Part shown: positions 50,046 through 63,925 of the stretch, piece by piece | Numbering within the stretch: the first letter of the stretch is position 1 | Layout of the letters: each line of letters opens with the position of its first letter | DNA from: the human T2T-CHM13v2.0 reference genome, Homo sapiens | Direction: 5' to 3' (one strand) | Length of the DNA: 64,000 nt | Assembly (NCBI RefSeq): GCF_009914755.1 | Contig: NC_060929.1 | Program-made: the position numbers and the translations under genes | Notes under the pieces: generated by a model | Databases searched by the model: none | What the model saw: the letters and a program-made list of their open reading frames with translations, nothing else | What the model was told of the DNA's origin: nothing

Positions 50046-50430
50046 TTTTATGTTTTGTTTTTTGTTTGTGTTTTTTTTAAGTAGTGAATTTATTGTTGTA
50101 AGTGAGACTGGGAAGGCGGTTGCAGAGAATTCTGGAGAGGCACAATCCAGATGCCCTTCTCATCAGCTTCAAGGTTGGGAAGACACTTGCAGACCACTCA
50201 GTTTGGGTATAGCCAACTTGCACCTCTAGCTTCTGAAGCATTTCTCAGTATAACTTGCAGGGAAGCAGAGGGGGCCAGCCTTCTGGCTAAGATATCAAAG
50301 CAAACCTGTCAACCTACTGACAACCCCTAAGAGCAGCTAGAGTAGGTCAATGTCCACTGGACTGTGACGCTTCCCCACTTACTCTCCAGGGAATGATCAC
50401 ATTTGAGGGGGAAAACAGAGCTGCATTTTA
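50046..50430 (-). pseudogene. Putative retroposed mRNA 3'-end fragment (source unknown)
   Basis: Minus strand: AATAAA (50089-94) 10 nt before a degenerate poly(A) (50046-78); weak TSD candidates; 5' boundary uncertain. Confidence 0.4.
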
Positions 50431-50649
50431 ACAGAGCACCCCTTGCTAAGCTCCACATGTCAGCTCAGACAGCACCTGAAGCTAAGGACCACTGTAAAAA
50501 GCTGACAAAAGCAGCTCCCACACATCAGCATACCCTGCTGACTCTGGAAAGAGGGACGCTTGGCTTCATGTAAGGAAGCTGAAAAAGTCCTGGTTTCTGT
50601 CAACTTGCTGGCTGCTGAGCCAGTGAACAGAATGAAGTGGACTTCATTC

Positions 50650-50975
50650 AGCAACACAGCATGCTGGAGAATGCAGGTTTGGGGTCAAACCCAGATTTGA
50701 AGTTCCCCTTCTTTTCCTTAGCTCCTCTACTTGGGCAAGTCACCTCCTCACCCTATGTTTCAGGTTCCTCAGGTATATAACGGAGGTAATGGGATTTTCT
50801 AGCAGAACCAGGAAGATTAAACCGGCTATGTGTAAGGCTTGGATAGAAGTCCAGTACATGTGTAGGTGTACACATGCATGGGAGGATGGATAAACACGAG
50901 GAAAATGGTGACAAGGCCATCTTAGAATAGCACCTGGCACAGACTAAGTCATAATAAATGCCAGCTGTTATTATT
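50650..50975 (+). mobile_element. MIR (fragmented)
   Basis: CTTGGGCAAGTCACC...CAGGTTCCTCAGGTATATAA and CTTAGAATAGCACCTGGCACAGACTAAGTCATAATAAATG. Confidence 0.75.
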
Positions 50976-52129
50976 GCTAGAGCAAAGATTAGTGAGCTGG
51001 AGTCACCCACCAACAGATCAGATAACCAAGCATGAGGGCCTGAGACACAATCTCTTGTAGCAAGATTCAAAGTCTCCAGGAGACAAGCCTGGCATTGGTA
51101 TCCCAAAAAGGTGAGAAATTACTGGATTTAAAGTAAAAATCACATCTGAGTCCCACATGTCAGAGACATTCAGATTTGAAATAATCACTGGTTTTACTTT
51201 AAATGCAACATAAACTAAATGACCCAATAAAATGTTTGTTTTTAGAAATTAAACAAGCTTTCCCCCCAGCCCCTAGTACATTTGAACAGAAAAAGAAATT
51301 TGTGTTCAGTAAAAGTTCCACCAAAATAAGCTAGGCCACAAATCTAAAGGATTTTAAAATTGGTATATATTAGTAAGATTTCCTATTTATCAATAAACTA
51401 CTACGTTTCCAAGCAGAGAGTTAGGTCTCTTATACCAGACTCTATTGTTTAAATGGGACTTTGTATTCACCACCACCCCCAACCCAAATTTGACTAAGAC
51501 CAAAGTTCAACACCAAATTCCTGACTATTCTAAAAATAATAATAATAAGGAAGATAGGGGTAGGGGGGCAGGCAACAAGCTTTCAGATGTGAAACAATAA
51601 TTCTTACCCAGAGAGCTTCATAAAAGGGGTAGAAAGAACTAATCTCTACCATTACTCCACACCAGGCCTCCCTGCTCCCCCAGTCTGTATAAGAAGAAAA
51701 CCAAAGGGAGAAGGCGGTGGTCACCAGCCTTTGGGGTCATGCAAGGTTCACCAGGTTTTCCCACCGAGGTGTGTTCCCATTCAAGTGCCGTGTAAGGGTA
51801 TACTAGATAGGAGAACTGCTCAAAAACTGGAGCACCTGCAAGAAGAGAAGATTTGTTTCTCCACTTGGGCCTTTTCTCAGGCAGCGAGCTTGTTTATCTG
51901 TCCCGTGACTAACGGAACAGAGAAAAGGAAATTCAAGAAGTCTAGCCAAATTGAGAGAAGATGCAGCATTAGGGAAGTCTCTGTCCCCATGGGTTAGTAG
52001 AGCAAGGAATGAGAGTTTAGGGAGCATCATAAACAGTAGCTCAGCTGGAACCACTGCATGCATATCCATCCGTCCATGAGGACCACCTACAGGTGAGAGG
52101 ACTTTAGCAGCATAACTCTGCAGGATAGA

Positions 52130-52539
52130 TCCCCAGAAGGGGATGCCCTTGGGACAGTATTAATACCACTGGCCAAGCATGTGACTTCTCCACCTCCTAG
52201 GCACATGATAGCATCACCTTTAACTGGCCCATTGATGGGGTGTCTGGCCATGTGACCTACCTGGCTCTCAAAAATGGCATCTCCTCTAAGAAGATGCACT
52301 GAATTGCTAATGCAAGGCCCCACAGCACACTCTTCCTCCTGCACAGTGATTGTGAATGCACAGAGATGGAGCCTTCATCAGCCTGGTGTCCTGGGACAAC
52401 GCAGATCAGAGCCCCTACCAATAATCCATGAGAGATGTGTGGCATGAGAAGAAACAAACCTTTGTTGTTTTAAGCAAAAGTGTGATTAACATGGAGTTAT
52501 TGGTTACCACAGCATAATTTAACCCGTCCTAACTGATAA
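52130..52539 (+). mobile_element. MaLR solo LTR (MLT1J/K-like)
   Basis: TGGCCATGTGACC, GAGATGGAGCCTTCATCAGCCTGG, AAACCTTTGTTGTTTTAAGC and GTTACCACAGCATAA...CCTAACTGATA. Confidence 0.82.
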
Positions 52540-53002
52540 AAGCGGGATAGGAAGGAAGAGGTTGACCTGGATTCAAACCACTGCATCAAGAAATTATATA
52601 GTAGGCAAGTCCCCTGCCTGGCCCTCTAGAGGGCATACCTTGATGGTAAGCCTGGGAGGAAGAGGGTTAAATAATCAATCAGACATTCATCCCCACTCAG
52701 ACTCCTCAAGCCACAAGTCAAGACTGTGCAGGGGAACAGGAAGAGAAAACCCCAAATCTGATGTAAGATGGAAGTTGTAAACTCAACTGGACTTACTTTT
52801 AAGGCTAAAAATGATAGAAAATTATGCAATCTGCCAAGATGTTATTAAGGGAAAGCAGCAATTAAAAATAAACAAAACTGCCTCATGTTTATTTCCCGAA
52901 CTGAAATTCCTTCAATACGCTGGCTGCCCATACATGTTTGGTAAACAAGGACATGTGTTTATGACTGGTCTTAGAAAGCTGCAGCTGTTCACGTTGCTCT
53001 CC

Positions 53003-53004
<2 letters not shown>

Positions 53005-53047
<43 letters not shown>
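53005..53047. repeat. (CA)21 microsatellite
   Basis: Perfect CA run; likely length-polymorphic. Confidence 0.98.
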
Positions 53048-53049
<2 letters not shown>

Positions 53050-53879
53050 ATTCACTCGTATTACTGAAATAATTTCCAAAAGACAATCAATATTGCCCCA
53101 AGACAATCAGTTCTAATCGGCTCTACCAACTGTGATATACTAATCCTATTATGTGGCCTTCCTGCTTCTCTTGGACATAGAGTTGTTTTGCTTTGCACAG
53201 AGAAGGTACACCCACTGGGAAAGAGAGATTAGGATGTCTGAAAATAATGTGTCCAAGAGAAGTAAGTGGATTAGAGCCCAACTATCATTACTGAGAGGAT
53301 GGGCACTGAATGGCCAAATGGCCCATGAGTGTGACAGGGAGGAGATTTATTAAGATGTCAAGCTTCCCCAACTTCTCCCCACTCCACGTCACCCACCCCA
53401 TGCCCTCTAAAGAACCATTGTATCTATTTCTAGCCTGGAAGTCAGGAGGGTAGAAGAGCACCTAAGAAGCCAGGGGAAAGTGGGAAGTATTTAACCAGGA
53501 GAGGCAAATACCTCCTGGCTAAGGAGAAGAGTTTTATGCTGCTGTCATAAGAGAGACTCCTGAGCATACAAAGGGACCAAAAGAATGAGGAGAGGGAAGA
53601 GGAAGAGGAGAAGGAAGAGGAGGAAAACAGAGCTTTTGAGAACCTTCATTGTGGGTTATGATTTTGAGTATTCTTTAATATTTTTTACTTGAAGTAAAAA
53701 CTGAAACTTCTCACGAATTCCTTTGGCTGGTGGATGTGCACCTGTGAATGGAACTTTAAGCAAAGCCCTGGCTGTGTGAGGCTCTGAGGTTTATTTGGGT
53801 GACAGATTCTTCTGCATCATTCTCCCCCTCGCCCTCTTCCTCTGATACTTCTCCAAAAGGCATTTCACAATTCAGAGCA

Positions 53880-54110
53880 GATGCCTTCTCTCTCTCTGCA
53901 AGCCTCTCTGACCTCTCCACTGGGATTGTATGACCCTCCCTGAGGCTCCCCTGGTGTCCTATGCTTCCCCTCACATCAACTTGTATTACAGCTATTTACC
54001 TGTTTATCCAAGTATAGCCTTAGCTCCTTACAGCCAAGATTTAGTCTTGAATTTCACACCCCTGAGCCTGGTACCATGCCTAGCACACAAGTATTCAGCA
54101 ATTAAGACAG
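53880..54110 (+). mobile_element. L2 3' fragment
   Basis: TCTCTGCAAGCCTCTCTGACC...GAGCCTGGTACCATGCCTAGCACACAAGTATTCAG. Confidence 0.6.
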
Positions 54111-55620
54111 TCTAGCATCTCTCAAACTCAAAATTTTACTAGGTCAAAAATATGGGAAGAAAATGATTATCTACTTCCCTTGTCCCATAAAACATAAACC
54201 ACATTTCTTGCCTGTGCATCAACATCTGTGTTATTTCTGCAGAAGCTCAACCATTCTGCTGGTCAGTCTTACATGCATTTCACATAAACACTAACTCTGT
54301 AGTGGGGAAGGGAATGGAGGAGAAAGATTTTAAAAACTATAACAAGTATCTTAAAAGGTTACTCCAGAAGATTCCCTGGAGTGTCAAGGTCTCTTGTTGG
54401 ATGATGGGTCACGGAGTAGCAACGTCAGCTGCAGGTCTGTGTGAGCACCTCAAAGGATGGCGTCCTGCCAAGCTGCGGTAAGTGAGCAGGCTAAGGCTAT
54501 GACATTACAGGTTTTCTTCCCTGTCTTCCATTCCCCCTAAAGTATGCCAAAGAGCTCAGTAGGCCTTTAAACTTTAACTCAAGACTGGAAAGGAGAAAGA
54601 TACACTTTAGCTTAGAATTGCTCAGGAGTTACATTGGCAGGAAGTTAATATTTAAAGGGAAAGGGGCCTTTCAGACTGGACCCAAAAGACTTTTCTCCCA
54701 TACTCCTACCCATGCCTAAGACATCTGACCTTTACCTGGCAAGTGACTGGCCAGGGCAGAGATAGCAACCCATGCTGGATGTCGGGGATAGAAATTGGGA
54801 GGATTTGAGGAGGGATACAGAATAAAAAGTAGGGGAGGGAAGGGGAAACTGCAGAAAATGCCCAAAGGAACTCTCTCTGCCAGCCATGGCATGGGCCACA
54901 TGGTACACCACATAATGCTGGACTAAGACTTCACATCCATGAGCAGCAGCTGTAGAAACATCCAAATAGAGCAGAGGCATTTGTTCCCCATCTCCACTAT
55001 CCTATGGACTTGATGTAGACTCACAGATGACTTGAACCAGAAGTAAAGACGTGATCAGACATCCTCTGAGAGGCTGGTGGGCTTGATCACTTTGTTATGG
55101 ACCATGTCCCCTTTCCCACCCCAAGGCAGAGATATTAGAATTATACAGGGAAAGAGAAGATGCTCCCCCAGCACAGCCTCAAATGTATATTGACCATCTA
55201 GAGAGGCTTCTAGATGCCACAATACAGGAGCCAAGGCCTGGAACACAGGAGTTCACAATCCAAGTGTGCCTCAAACCGACCAAACGGGAACCAGGGTGAG
55301 GAACATGCTCCCCAATACCCAGCCATGTGGTACTGGCTGTCACTGCTACAGAATTCAGGGGACCGGGTCATTAAAATTTGCCATGCAGCAGATGAAAAAG
55401 AAGCAAGCTGTGAACAAGGATCATCGCGTTGGAAATAACAGATACTACCCAAGATGTGCAGAGAAACAAGAATCAAGGGAGAATACCCAGCCCATCCATC
55501 TGGAGACTGTCAGTTCTCTTGGGGAAAAGCAATATTTTTATGCTGCATTTTCCTACTCCTCAGGGTAACAAAATCAAACAGGCTCTCTGATTCACAGTGC
55601 AGCCAATTTACTGTAACTCA

Positions 55621-56050
<430 letters not shown>

Positions 56051-56129
56051 ATAAAAAGTAATGTATTTGTTCAGTTAGCCCTCCCTTCTCTTGGCTCTGG
56101 AAAAGTCAAACGTCACAAACAAGAGGAGC

Positions 56130-56240
56130 CATATGCCCTAGAATGTAAGCTCCATAAGGGCAGGGAATGTTGTCTGTTTTGTTCAGAGCTGTGTCCCAGA
56201 GCCTAGGAGAGTACCTGGCACATGTATTTCTCAAATGAAC
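56130..56240 (+). mobile_element. L2 3' terminus
   Basis: CTAGAATGTAAGCTCCATAAGGGCAGGGAATGTTGTCTGTTTTGTTCA...CCTGGCACAT. Confidence 0.85.
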
Positions 56241-56318
56241 AACACTCTTACCTTCATCCAGCTGGACTATATCTTACATTAAAAAATAATTATAAAAGGA
56301 GCAACTGTATCTCTAGGC

Positions 56319-56523
56319 CAGCATTTCTCAACCTTGACCCTAGTGACAATTTATTTTGGGGTTGGAGGGAGGCTGCCCTGTTCATTGTAGGCTGTTTAGC
56401 AGCACCCATGGCTTCTACTCACTAGATGCCAGTAGCACACTCTCCAACCAGTATGGCACCAAAAATGTCTCCAGACAGGGCCAAAAGTCTTCTGGGGCAA
56501 AATCTCCTGGCTGGGAATCACTG
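56319..56523 (+). mobile_element. MER20 (hAT-Charlie) DNA transposon fossil
   Basis: CAGCATTTCTCAACCTTG...CACTAGATGCCAGTAGCAC...AAAAATGTCTCCAGACA...GAATCACTG. Perfect 8-bp TSD CTCTAGGC. Confidence 0.92.
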
Positions 56524-57249
56524 CTCTAGGCCTGCAGAGAACTCCCAAAGAGCTGACACAGACCAAGAGAACTGTTGTGTTTTCTGTCTCGTTCATGATG
56601 CTGAGACAGCACCCGGGGAAGCCCTTCTGCCTGCCTGCTCTCTGAGGTGAGTGCACCAGACAAGCCTGCGGTGGGAGGAAACATTGGGTAATGAAAATCA
56701 AGTAGATGTCTTGAACACAAATGAAGACTGAGATGCGGGCCCAAGCCTTGTCTGTATTCGACAGGAAAAACCACTTTACCGCTGTGGTGGGAATGGACTT
56801 GGTTTTCAATGATCCCCTCTCAACCTCCTCCACCACAAGGGCATTAAAACATCTATACATTGCACCAGGAGCAGGGCATCCATCAGCAGCAATTTCACTT
56901 AAAATCCAGCTTGGAGCATCTGCTCCTGCTCCTAATTAGGAACAAGGCTGAGATTCATTAATATCCCCACAACCAGTTCAAAGGGCTCTTCAGAGAACAG
57001 GCCCTGCAAAGCATTCCCAAGGCCAGGCACTAGCATGAGGAAGGGCAGCAGCTTCTGCTCCCCAGCTCTGGGTGAGCTGTGGGCTCTCACACCTGTTTCC
57101 CTGACAAAACTCAAGTGGGATCAGGAAAACATTCCTCCCAATCGGGACTCTGATGATCATGCATCACCTTACCTGTGCTGGTGCTGATTTAGTACTTGCA
57201 CATAACCTGGCATGCCATGTTTCCCTCAAATTCTTCTTCTTTACCAAAA

Positions 57250-57860
57250 TTCACTGATACCCGTGGCTGGAAAAGTTGCAGTAAAACACATATTCTACAG
57301 TTCCAAGGGTAGAATCAGTACCACGTGACAACAAACATCAATGCCCTTTAAAATACATGTGCTGGCACACCAAGCATTGCTACTTCTGGAAATATATCAA
57401 AAGGAAATCATTGTAAATGTAGAAAGACTCATATAACCAAAAATATTCGTCACACAATTATTTAGAATAGGGAAAAAATAGAAACAACCAATTGCCTACC
57501 ATCAGATACCTTAGTTTGGTATACTGTAGCATATACACTCACTGGATTCAAAAACACCATTAAAATGTCATTTACAAAGAATAGCACCTTACTAAAATGT
57601 TTATGTTGTGTTGTTACATGAAAAAAGACGCGCCAAATCATATAAACAGCATGATAATATGCTGTTTATAATGATAAACAGCAATGATAATAAAACCACG
57701 AAAATAAAAATTTTAGTATTCAAAAGTCTACTGGAGGCAAATAGATCCTTCCCAAAAAGTGTTCAAGGTGAGTGCATTTTGGAGGGAATAATTTATTTCA
57801 CTCTTCTGTATCTTCTAACTTCTTTTTTAAAAATTATCTATTTCTTCAAATTCGGAAAAG
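57250..57860 (+). mobile_element. L1ME-like fragment
   Basis: CTACTTCTGGAAATATATCAAAAGGAAATCAT...ATTCGTCACACAATTATTTAGAATAGGGAAAA. Confidence 0.65.
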
Positions 57861-58139
57861 AACAATGTAAAGTCAAAAGAATAGTGGAAGACCCACCATT
57901 ACAGCATAAATATATCCCCTCTATATTCCCTCTATACTAGGGTATCTTTGTCCCTAGCACTTAAAACCAACCATTGTATCTTTAACCGTGTTGCTTTTCT
58001 CCTTCAACTGGAACATAATTTTCATAAGGGTAGGCAAATGTCTGACACGTAATTGATACACTTTTGTTGAATTGGATGTATGAGCTAGATTATAGGATTT
58101 CTCTTTTTAATTTCTCAATCAGTGAATCAAAAAACATTG

Positions 58140-58710
58140 CTCCCAGTGAACCTTCATATATGAATGAAAGAGTAATTGGCACAACCACTTTGGAAAACTA
58201 GTTAACTGCATCTCTTTAAGTTAAACACTCACCTGTCTTACAGTGACCAGTGGATTGCCACACCTAGGTGTGTACCTGAGAAAAATGTGTACATGGGTTT
58301 ACCAAAAGACATGCCTCAGAGAGTGCTATTATGTAATAAACAAAAACTGGAAACTAACTGCCCTTCAACAATATAACAGGTAAATAAATTGTGGAATATT
58401 TATACTGCAATGAAAATTTTAAAAACACACACACAAAAAAAAGTACAACAAATTTAATGTTGAAAAAAAAAGAAGCCAGACATTTAAAAGTACATACTTA
58501 TTCCATTTATACAAGTAAGAAAATGGGCAAAACACACCTATGGTGTTAGAAGTCAGTGACTGCCAGGGGCATGAGATGGTCTTCAAAGATGCTGGTAATA
58601 TTCTATCTCCTGATCTGGCTGTTTGGGTGTGTTCACTTTGAGAAACTGCATCAAGTGGGACATTTATAATGTGCACCTTCGATCTCTGTATGCTATGCTC
58701 CAATGAAACA
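58140..58710 (+). mobile_element. L1ME-like 3' end
   Basis: ACAACCACTTTGGAAAAC, ATAAATTGTGGAATATT, AAAAGAAGCCAGAC and GATGCTGGTAATATTCTATCTCCTGATCTGG. Confidence 0.82.
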
Positions 58711-59169
58711 CACTCCCTACCAATCCAGGGCTGCTAAGGGCAGGGTATGTTTTCCATAATTATTCCTCCATTTACTACAGCCCTCGACCAACAGCCCTGA
58801 CAAGGCTAAACTCACCATACTTCAGCATTTATGCACACACAAGTTCTGTCTTGTCTGAACTCTCCACCTTGATTGTACAGGCCAGCACCTTCCTGTTGGC
58901 CTGTTGGCAGTGTCTGTACCCATAAAATTGGGTAAAACGACAGAAGTTGCCCATGTATGCCAGGAAGAGTTGAGGCAAACTGAAGTGACCTGACCACCAG
59001 AAAGATTCAGAGACATGGCCCTGGATCACAAGAAGGACAATGCCTCTGGAAGCCCAGCTCGCCAGAACTGCTCTGGGCCATTTGCAGAGTAGGCCCTTTT
59101 CTTTGCAGAAAAATCCCCAACAGGTTTCCCTGACCTCCAAGCACCTCTTTCTCTTCACTTTGTCGCAAA

Positions 59170-59305
59170 TAGAAAGCCTGCAGCCTGACCAGGGGACAGG
59201 AATCATGTTTGTTTCCCCTCTGCTACATCCTAAGTGCATAGCACGGTGCCTGGTACATGGTAGCCTGGTCAGTAAGTATCTTTGGTATGAACACACGAAT
59301 AAACA
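59170..59305 (+). mobile_element. L2 3' terminus
   Basis: GGGGACAGGAATCATG...GCATAGCACGGTGCCTGGTACATGGTAG...AGTAAGTATC. Confidence 0.65.
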
Positions 59306-60740
59306 AAACCTACTGAATCAGTGCACCAGGATCTGGTTTCTAAAAAGGCAAAGATCTAGGACCTGGATGGCCATGCAAAGAAACAAAATATTCCAAAAAA
59401 CACATGAAAAGGTCTTTCTGGCATAGGAATTTTTAAACCAACAATTCTGGCATGTAAAAATCTCACAATTTCTCTAACAACAGTAAACACAGTATTATTT
59501 TATCTTTACTGTGGATAGAATTTGACCGTCTTAGTCATTGGAAGTGATGCAGGCCTCATTCCAGGTGGCTGGACAAAGGCTCCAGACCAGGTCCAGAGTC
59601 ATGACAAGGCTGGCTGACTCAGATGGGAAGTGAGGCCTTGGCCAGATGAAAGTACTGACACAAGCCAACCACGTCCACAGAAGTCACAGGGAATCATCAT
59701 GTCCAATAAGCATGGAAAGATCCAGAAATTCCCCATATTCCCCTAACAGTGGAACAATGGAAAGACCTCCAAATAGCCACAACAGTCTGTCCAACAGACT
59801 TAACTATTTTCTTCCTCTTGGCAATTTTTTTTAATCAATTTTAGGTGCCATGAATTTACCATTAATTAAAGGAAATTCAAGCAGCTGGGGAAAAGAACAT
59901 TTGAGAGTTTGTTCAGTGGGAATAGAATGACTTCAGAATGAGGAATACTGCCAAGTCTGGTTGATGCTCATAAATTTTCTAAACTTTGATGAGTCCTTTT
60001 TTAGGGGGCAGGGGAGTGGATGCCTTCTGATCTTTCAAAAAAAAAAAAAAAAAAAAACCTCTGGCCAACCAAGAAAAGAACTGACTACACCAAAAAGAGA
60101 GTATCAGGTAATGTCACCATCTAGCCCCTGTGTCTCAGACTCCCTCTGTGGTTCCGACTATCAGTATCTGCATCTCAGTGCCCAAGAGTAAACATTCTTT
60201 ATTACATCCACCATTCCTTGTTTGTTCCATACCCTTAACACCACTTCAGTTTCAATATTCTTTTCACTATAAACTAAAGCCAACGTCAGAGTCAATTTCC
60301 TTCATTTCGTCTGTGCAGAAAACATATCAGTTGGGTTAGATACAAAGTCAGGCCAGAGTTAGCTAGAATCAAGCCTTTTGGAGACAAATATGCTGAGATG
60401 ATCCCCTGGAATTTCATCATGTAGAAGGTCCCACATCAATTCCACTGTGCTCATGTGTGCAAGCATCCCTGGGCCCTGGCAGCCAATCAAGACCCAAATG
60501 TTATTCCATTCCAGGAAAACCTCATGACAATAGCTGTTGCTGAGGCCTATGTTGAGTCACACATTGGAAAACAAGACCATTTTTTCTGATGTGAATGGTA
60601 GCCCTGTTGGCATAAGGGGAAAATACTGCACTCATATTAATTTATTGCAAGTCTTCAAAATAAAATGCTCATTTTGTCTAAAATGTTATTATTCATTGCA
60701 GCTAAATGGTGTTGGCTATTTGGGATGAATAACAATTCTC

Positions 60741-61249
<509 letters not shown>

Positions 61250-62479
61250 TAACAGACCGCTCTGGGCATCTTTTCTCTTTGTCTTGGCCAGGCCTCTCAG
61301 AATTGAGTTAGAGCGTGACTCCATTTGCACGGCGGGACAGACGAGTACAGCTGAAATAAAAAGTAGAGGCCTCTGCTCTCTGCATGTTTGTTTTCTCCAT
61401 GTTTTATTTGGGCAAAGATTGCCTGGAACACCTGCAGTAAGTTCCACTTCCCTGCTCCAATCACAGGCGCCGACGGACTTTGCATAAATGCCTGCTCACC
61501 TACCACATAATTCTGCTGGGGAATGTTGACGGTGCCCTCTGGAGTGTGATGTGTCCCAGATCACACAGGAAGGGTTTCAGAAGCATTACAAATCCTTGTA
61601 TAATATGTCCGCCCTTCCTCCCTTTCCCCAAAGAAAAGTTTGTTTTTGAGAATGAAGTGAGAGGGTCTCTGGGGGGTATATTTTCATAAAACCATGAGAA
61701 AAGCTACCAAATCAAATTAACTTGGATCTTAGCATTATCCTTCTAAAGGAATCCCCAATAATTCACATCACCAGTCTGTGAATGCATCTTTCATCTTCCC
61801 CAAAAAGAAACCATTATCCCCATGTCTGTCATAGGAACAATGGGCAGACTCAGACCCAAGGGCAAGAAGGTGCACATGCTATCCACACACTCCCCATGTG
61901 GTGCTGAAGTAAGTGCATGCGTGTCTATCTCTGCCGCTAAGCTGATCCCTTAGATGAATGTCTTGCTTTTCATCTTTAGCCTCAAAGTGACAGTGGAAGG
62001 GGAAAAGGTAAGGGGAGGAGCTGAAGGAGCAACCCCATGTATACTAGTCTCATTTTTAAAATATAAACTCCACAGATCACCACTCTGACCAAGAAACACT
62101 ATGATCCTCTTATTTCTAAACAGCAGTAGGAACTGTAGGAGCTCTAAAGCCCAGGACATTTGACCACAGAGGGAAGGAGAAACTTCCAGACCATGGACAC
62201 CAGAGGAGTAGGAAGGATTAAGTGGGGGACCAGAGTGAGGGATGTTTATACAATAGAGATGGCTGCAGAAGATGGCACAGAGAGGCACAAAGAGGAGAGG
62301 AAAAGAACAGGCCATCCTTCCAAGTACTTGGGCCATCTGTGTGCCTCACTTTTTGCAGTTGACTCATTCCCCTGCCCCCAAATGTGTGTTAAGTTGAAAA
62401 TGTGTGAAGTGTGCTTTAAAATACACTAGGAGAGAGCTTGCTACTTAAGGGAACACTAGGGCAAACACATCTGATGGAA

Positions 62480-62835
62480 ACACATCAAGGTCTTTCCCAC
62501 TTCAAGACCTTTGGACCCACTCTTCCCATGGCCTCTCCTCACCTGGTTCACTGCAGTCCTCCTGCAGGGCTCAGCTTCAATGCCCTTCCCAGGGAAGCAG
62601 TCCCCAGCCAAAAAGGTTAATGGGTTCCTCCTCCCTCTTCCCATGACATATTCTGAGAGCATCGGTGCCTCTGCCTTGTAGTACTTTTCTCAAAGGAACA
62701 TAAATGATTATTCCGTGATTGTTTGTCTACCATACTAGACCATAAATGCCAGGAAGGTACAAATGTGTCTATCTTCTTCACCCGACACCTAGCAGAGGCC
62801 TGGCACATAGCTGGCATTTGAAGAACATTTGTGTG
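62480..62835 (+). mobile_element. L2 3' end
   Basis: CTCAGCTTCAATGCCCTTCCCAGGGAAG...CTAGACCATAAATGCCAGGAAGG...GCCTGGCACATAG. Confidence 0.78.
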
Positions 62836-63769
62836 ACAACACATTACCCTACCTGCATTAACTATTTGTTATTGCTGGGTTTCTCCTAAGCCACAACCAA
62901 CCTGCTTGGGCTGTAGTGAATGACAGGCCCTCTGACGACCCATAATGATCTGGAACTGAAGAACTGGGTCTTTGGAGAGAAGGATCAAAGGTCTGGCTAA
63001 TCCCTACTAGTATTCTCCTTTGGTTCTAAAGCCAAATCTGGAGCTTGGGGACTGCCTGAGTGCCAAGAAGCAGGTGCTAGCCCCTGCAAGAACTTCCCCA
63101 AGTATAGTGATGCCAACATGATGCAAAATCAAGACCAAATTATGGGCACCAGACATACAGAGCGTGCTGAGAACGCCGCAGTAATACACAGGCCGGTTGG
63201 ATCATTTGTCTCAAAATGGATCCCATCCCCTGGTGCCCATAAAGCCTGCCTGAGACCTCTCTGGCAGGACAAGATGAGGTTTCTACCTCTTGAGGTGAGC
63301 TGGAGGCAACTGGATCAGAGCTTAACATTAAAGTGACACCAAGTAGTGCTTAGTTGCATAACGGGGCTCCCAAGAGCAACCTTCGCATAACTTGGATTTC
63401 AGACACAGTTGCATACAAACCCCCTCCCAGTTACGTCATGATGAGAGTTGCCAGTTTTGGGGGAGGAGGTCCAGCAAGAATATAAAATATGATGGCAAGG
63501 TCTTCTGTGCCAGGAGCTACAACTGGAAAATAACAAAGAATGGGCCATATGGAACCTCACACAGCCTTCCAGACTGGCAAGAAATGGAGTGAAGACAGGC
63601 TCATGATCATGGAACTGACTCCCCCAACATGTTTCTAAGAGACAGAAAGCAGCATCTATAGCTGAGTGCCAACAACTCACACTCACAAGCCAGACAAGAA
63701 GCTCCCTTAAATTAAATGATTATAGATCATTACGAATTAAAATAGATATACCAGCCACTCAAAGATCAC

Positions 63770-63925
63770 AAGTACCTACTCTGTGCCACGTGCTTACTCA
63801 GTCCTCCCCCAGAGCCCCACAATGCAAGTATCACCATTCCAGTTTTACAGAAGAAACTGATGCTCTAGCCAAACACCTAAGCTTAGCTTTGGCAAGACTG
63901 GAACGTGACCTCAGGTTAATAGTGG
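63770..63925 (-). mobile_element. MIR fragment
   Basis: CCATTCCAGTTTTACAGAAGAAACTGATGCTC is the reverse MIR core. Confidence 0.7.

Noticed and set aside
57167-57275. Strong minus-strand donor CAG|GTAAGG at 57173 (similar isolated donors at ~21288+, ~23825+ and ~31698-)
   Set aside because: Isolated splice-like motifs without a convincing partner site are common in introns.
56396-59426. ORFs of 154, 155 and 128 aa (56396-56860, 58829-59296, 59040-59426)
   Set aside because: They overlap MER20/L2 remnants or each other on opposite strands, and lack recognisable protein features.
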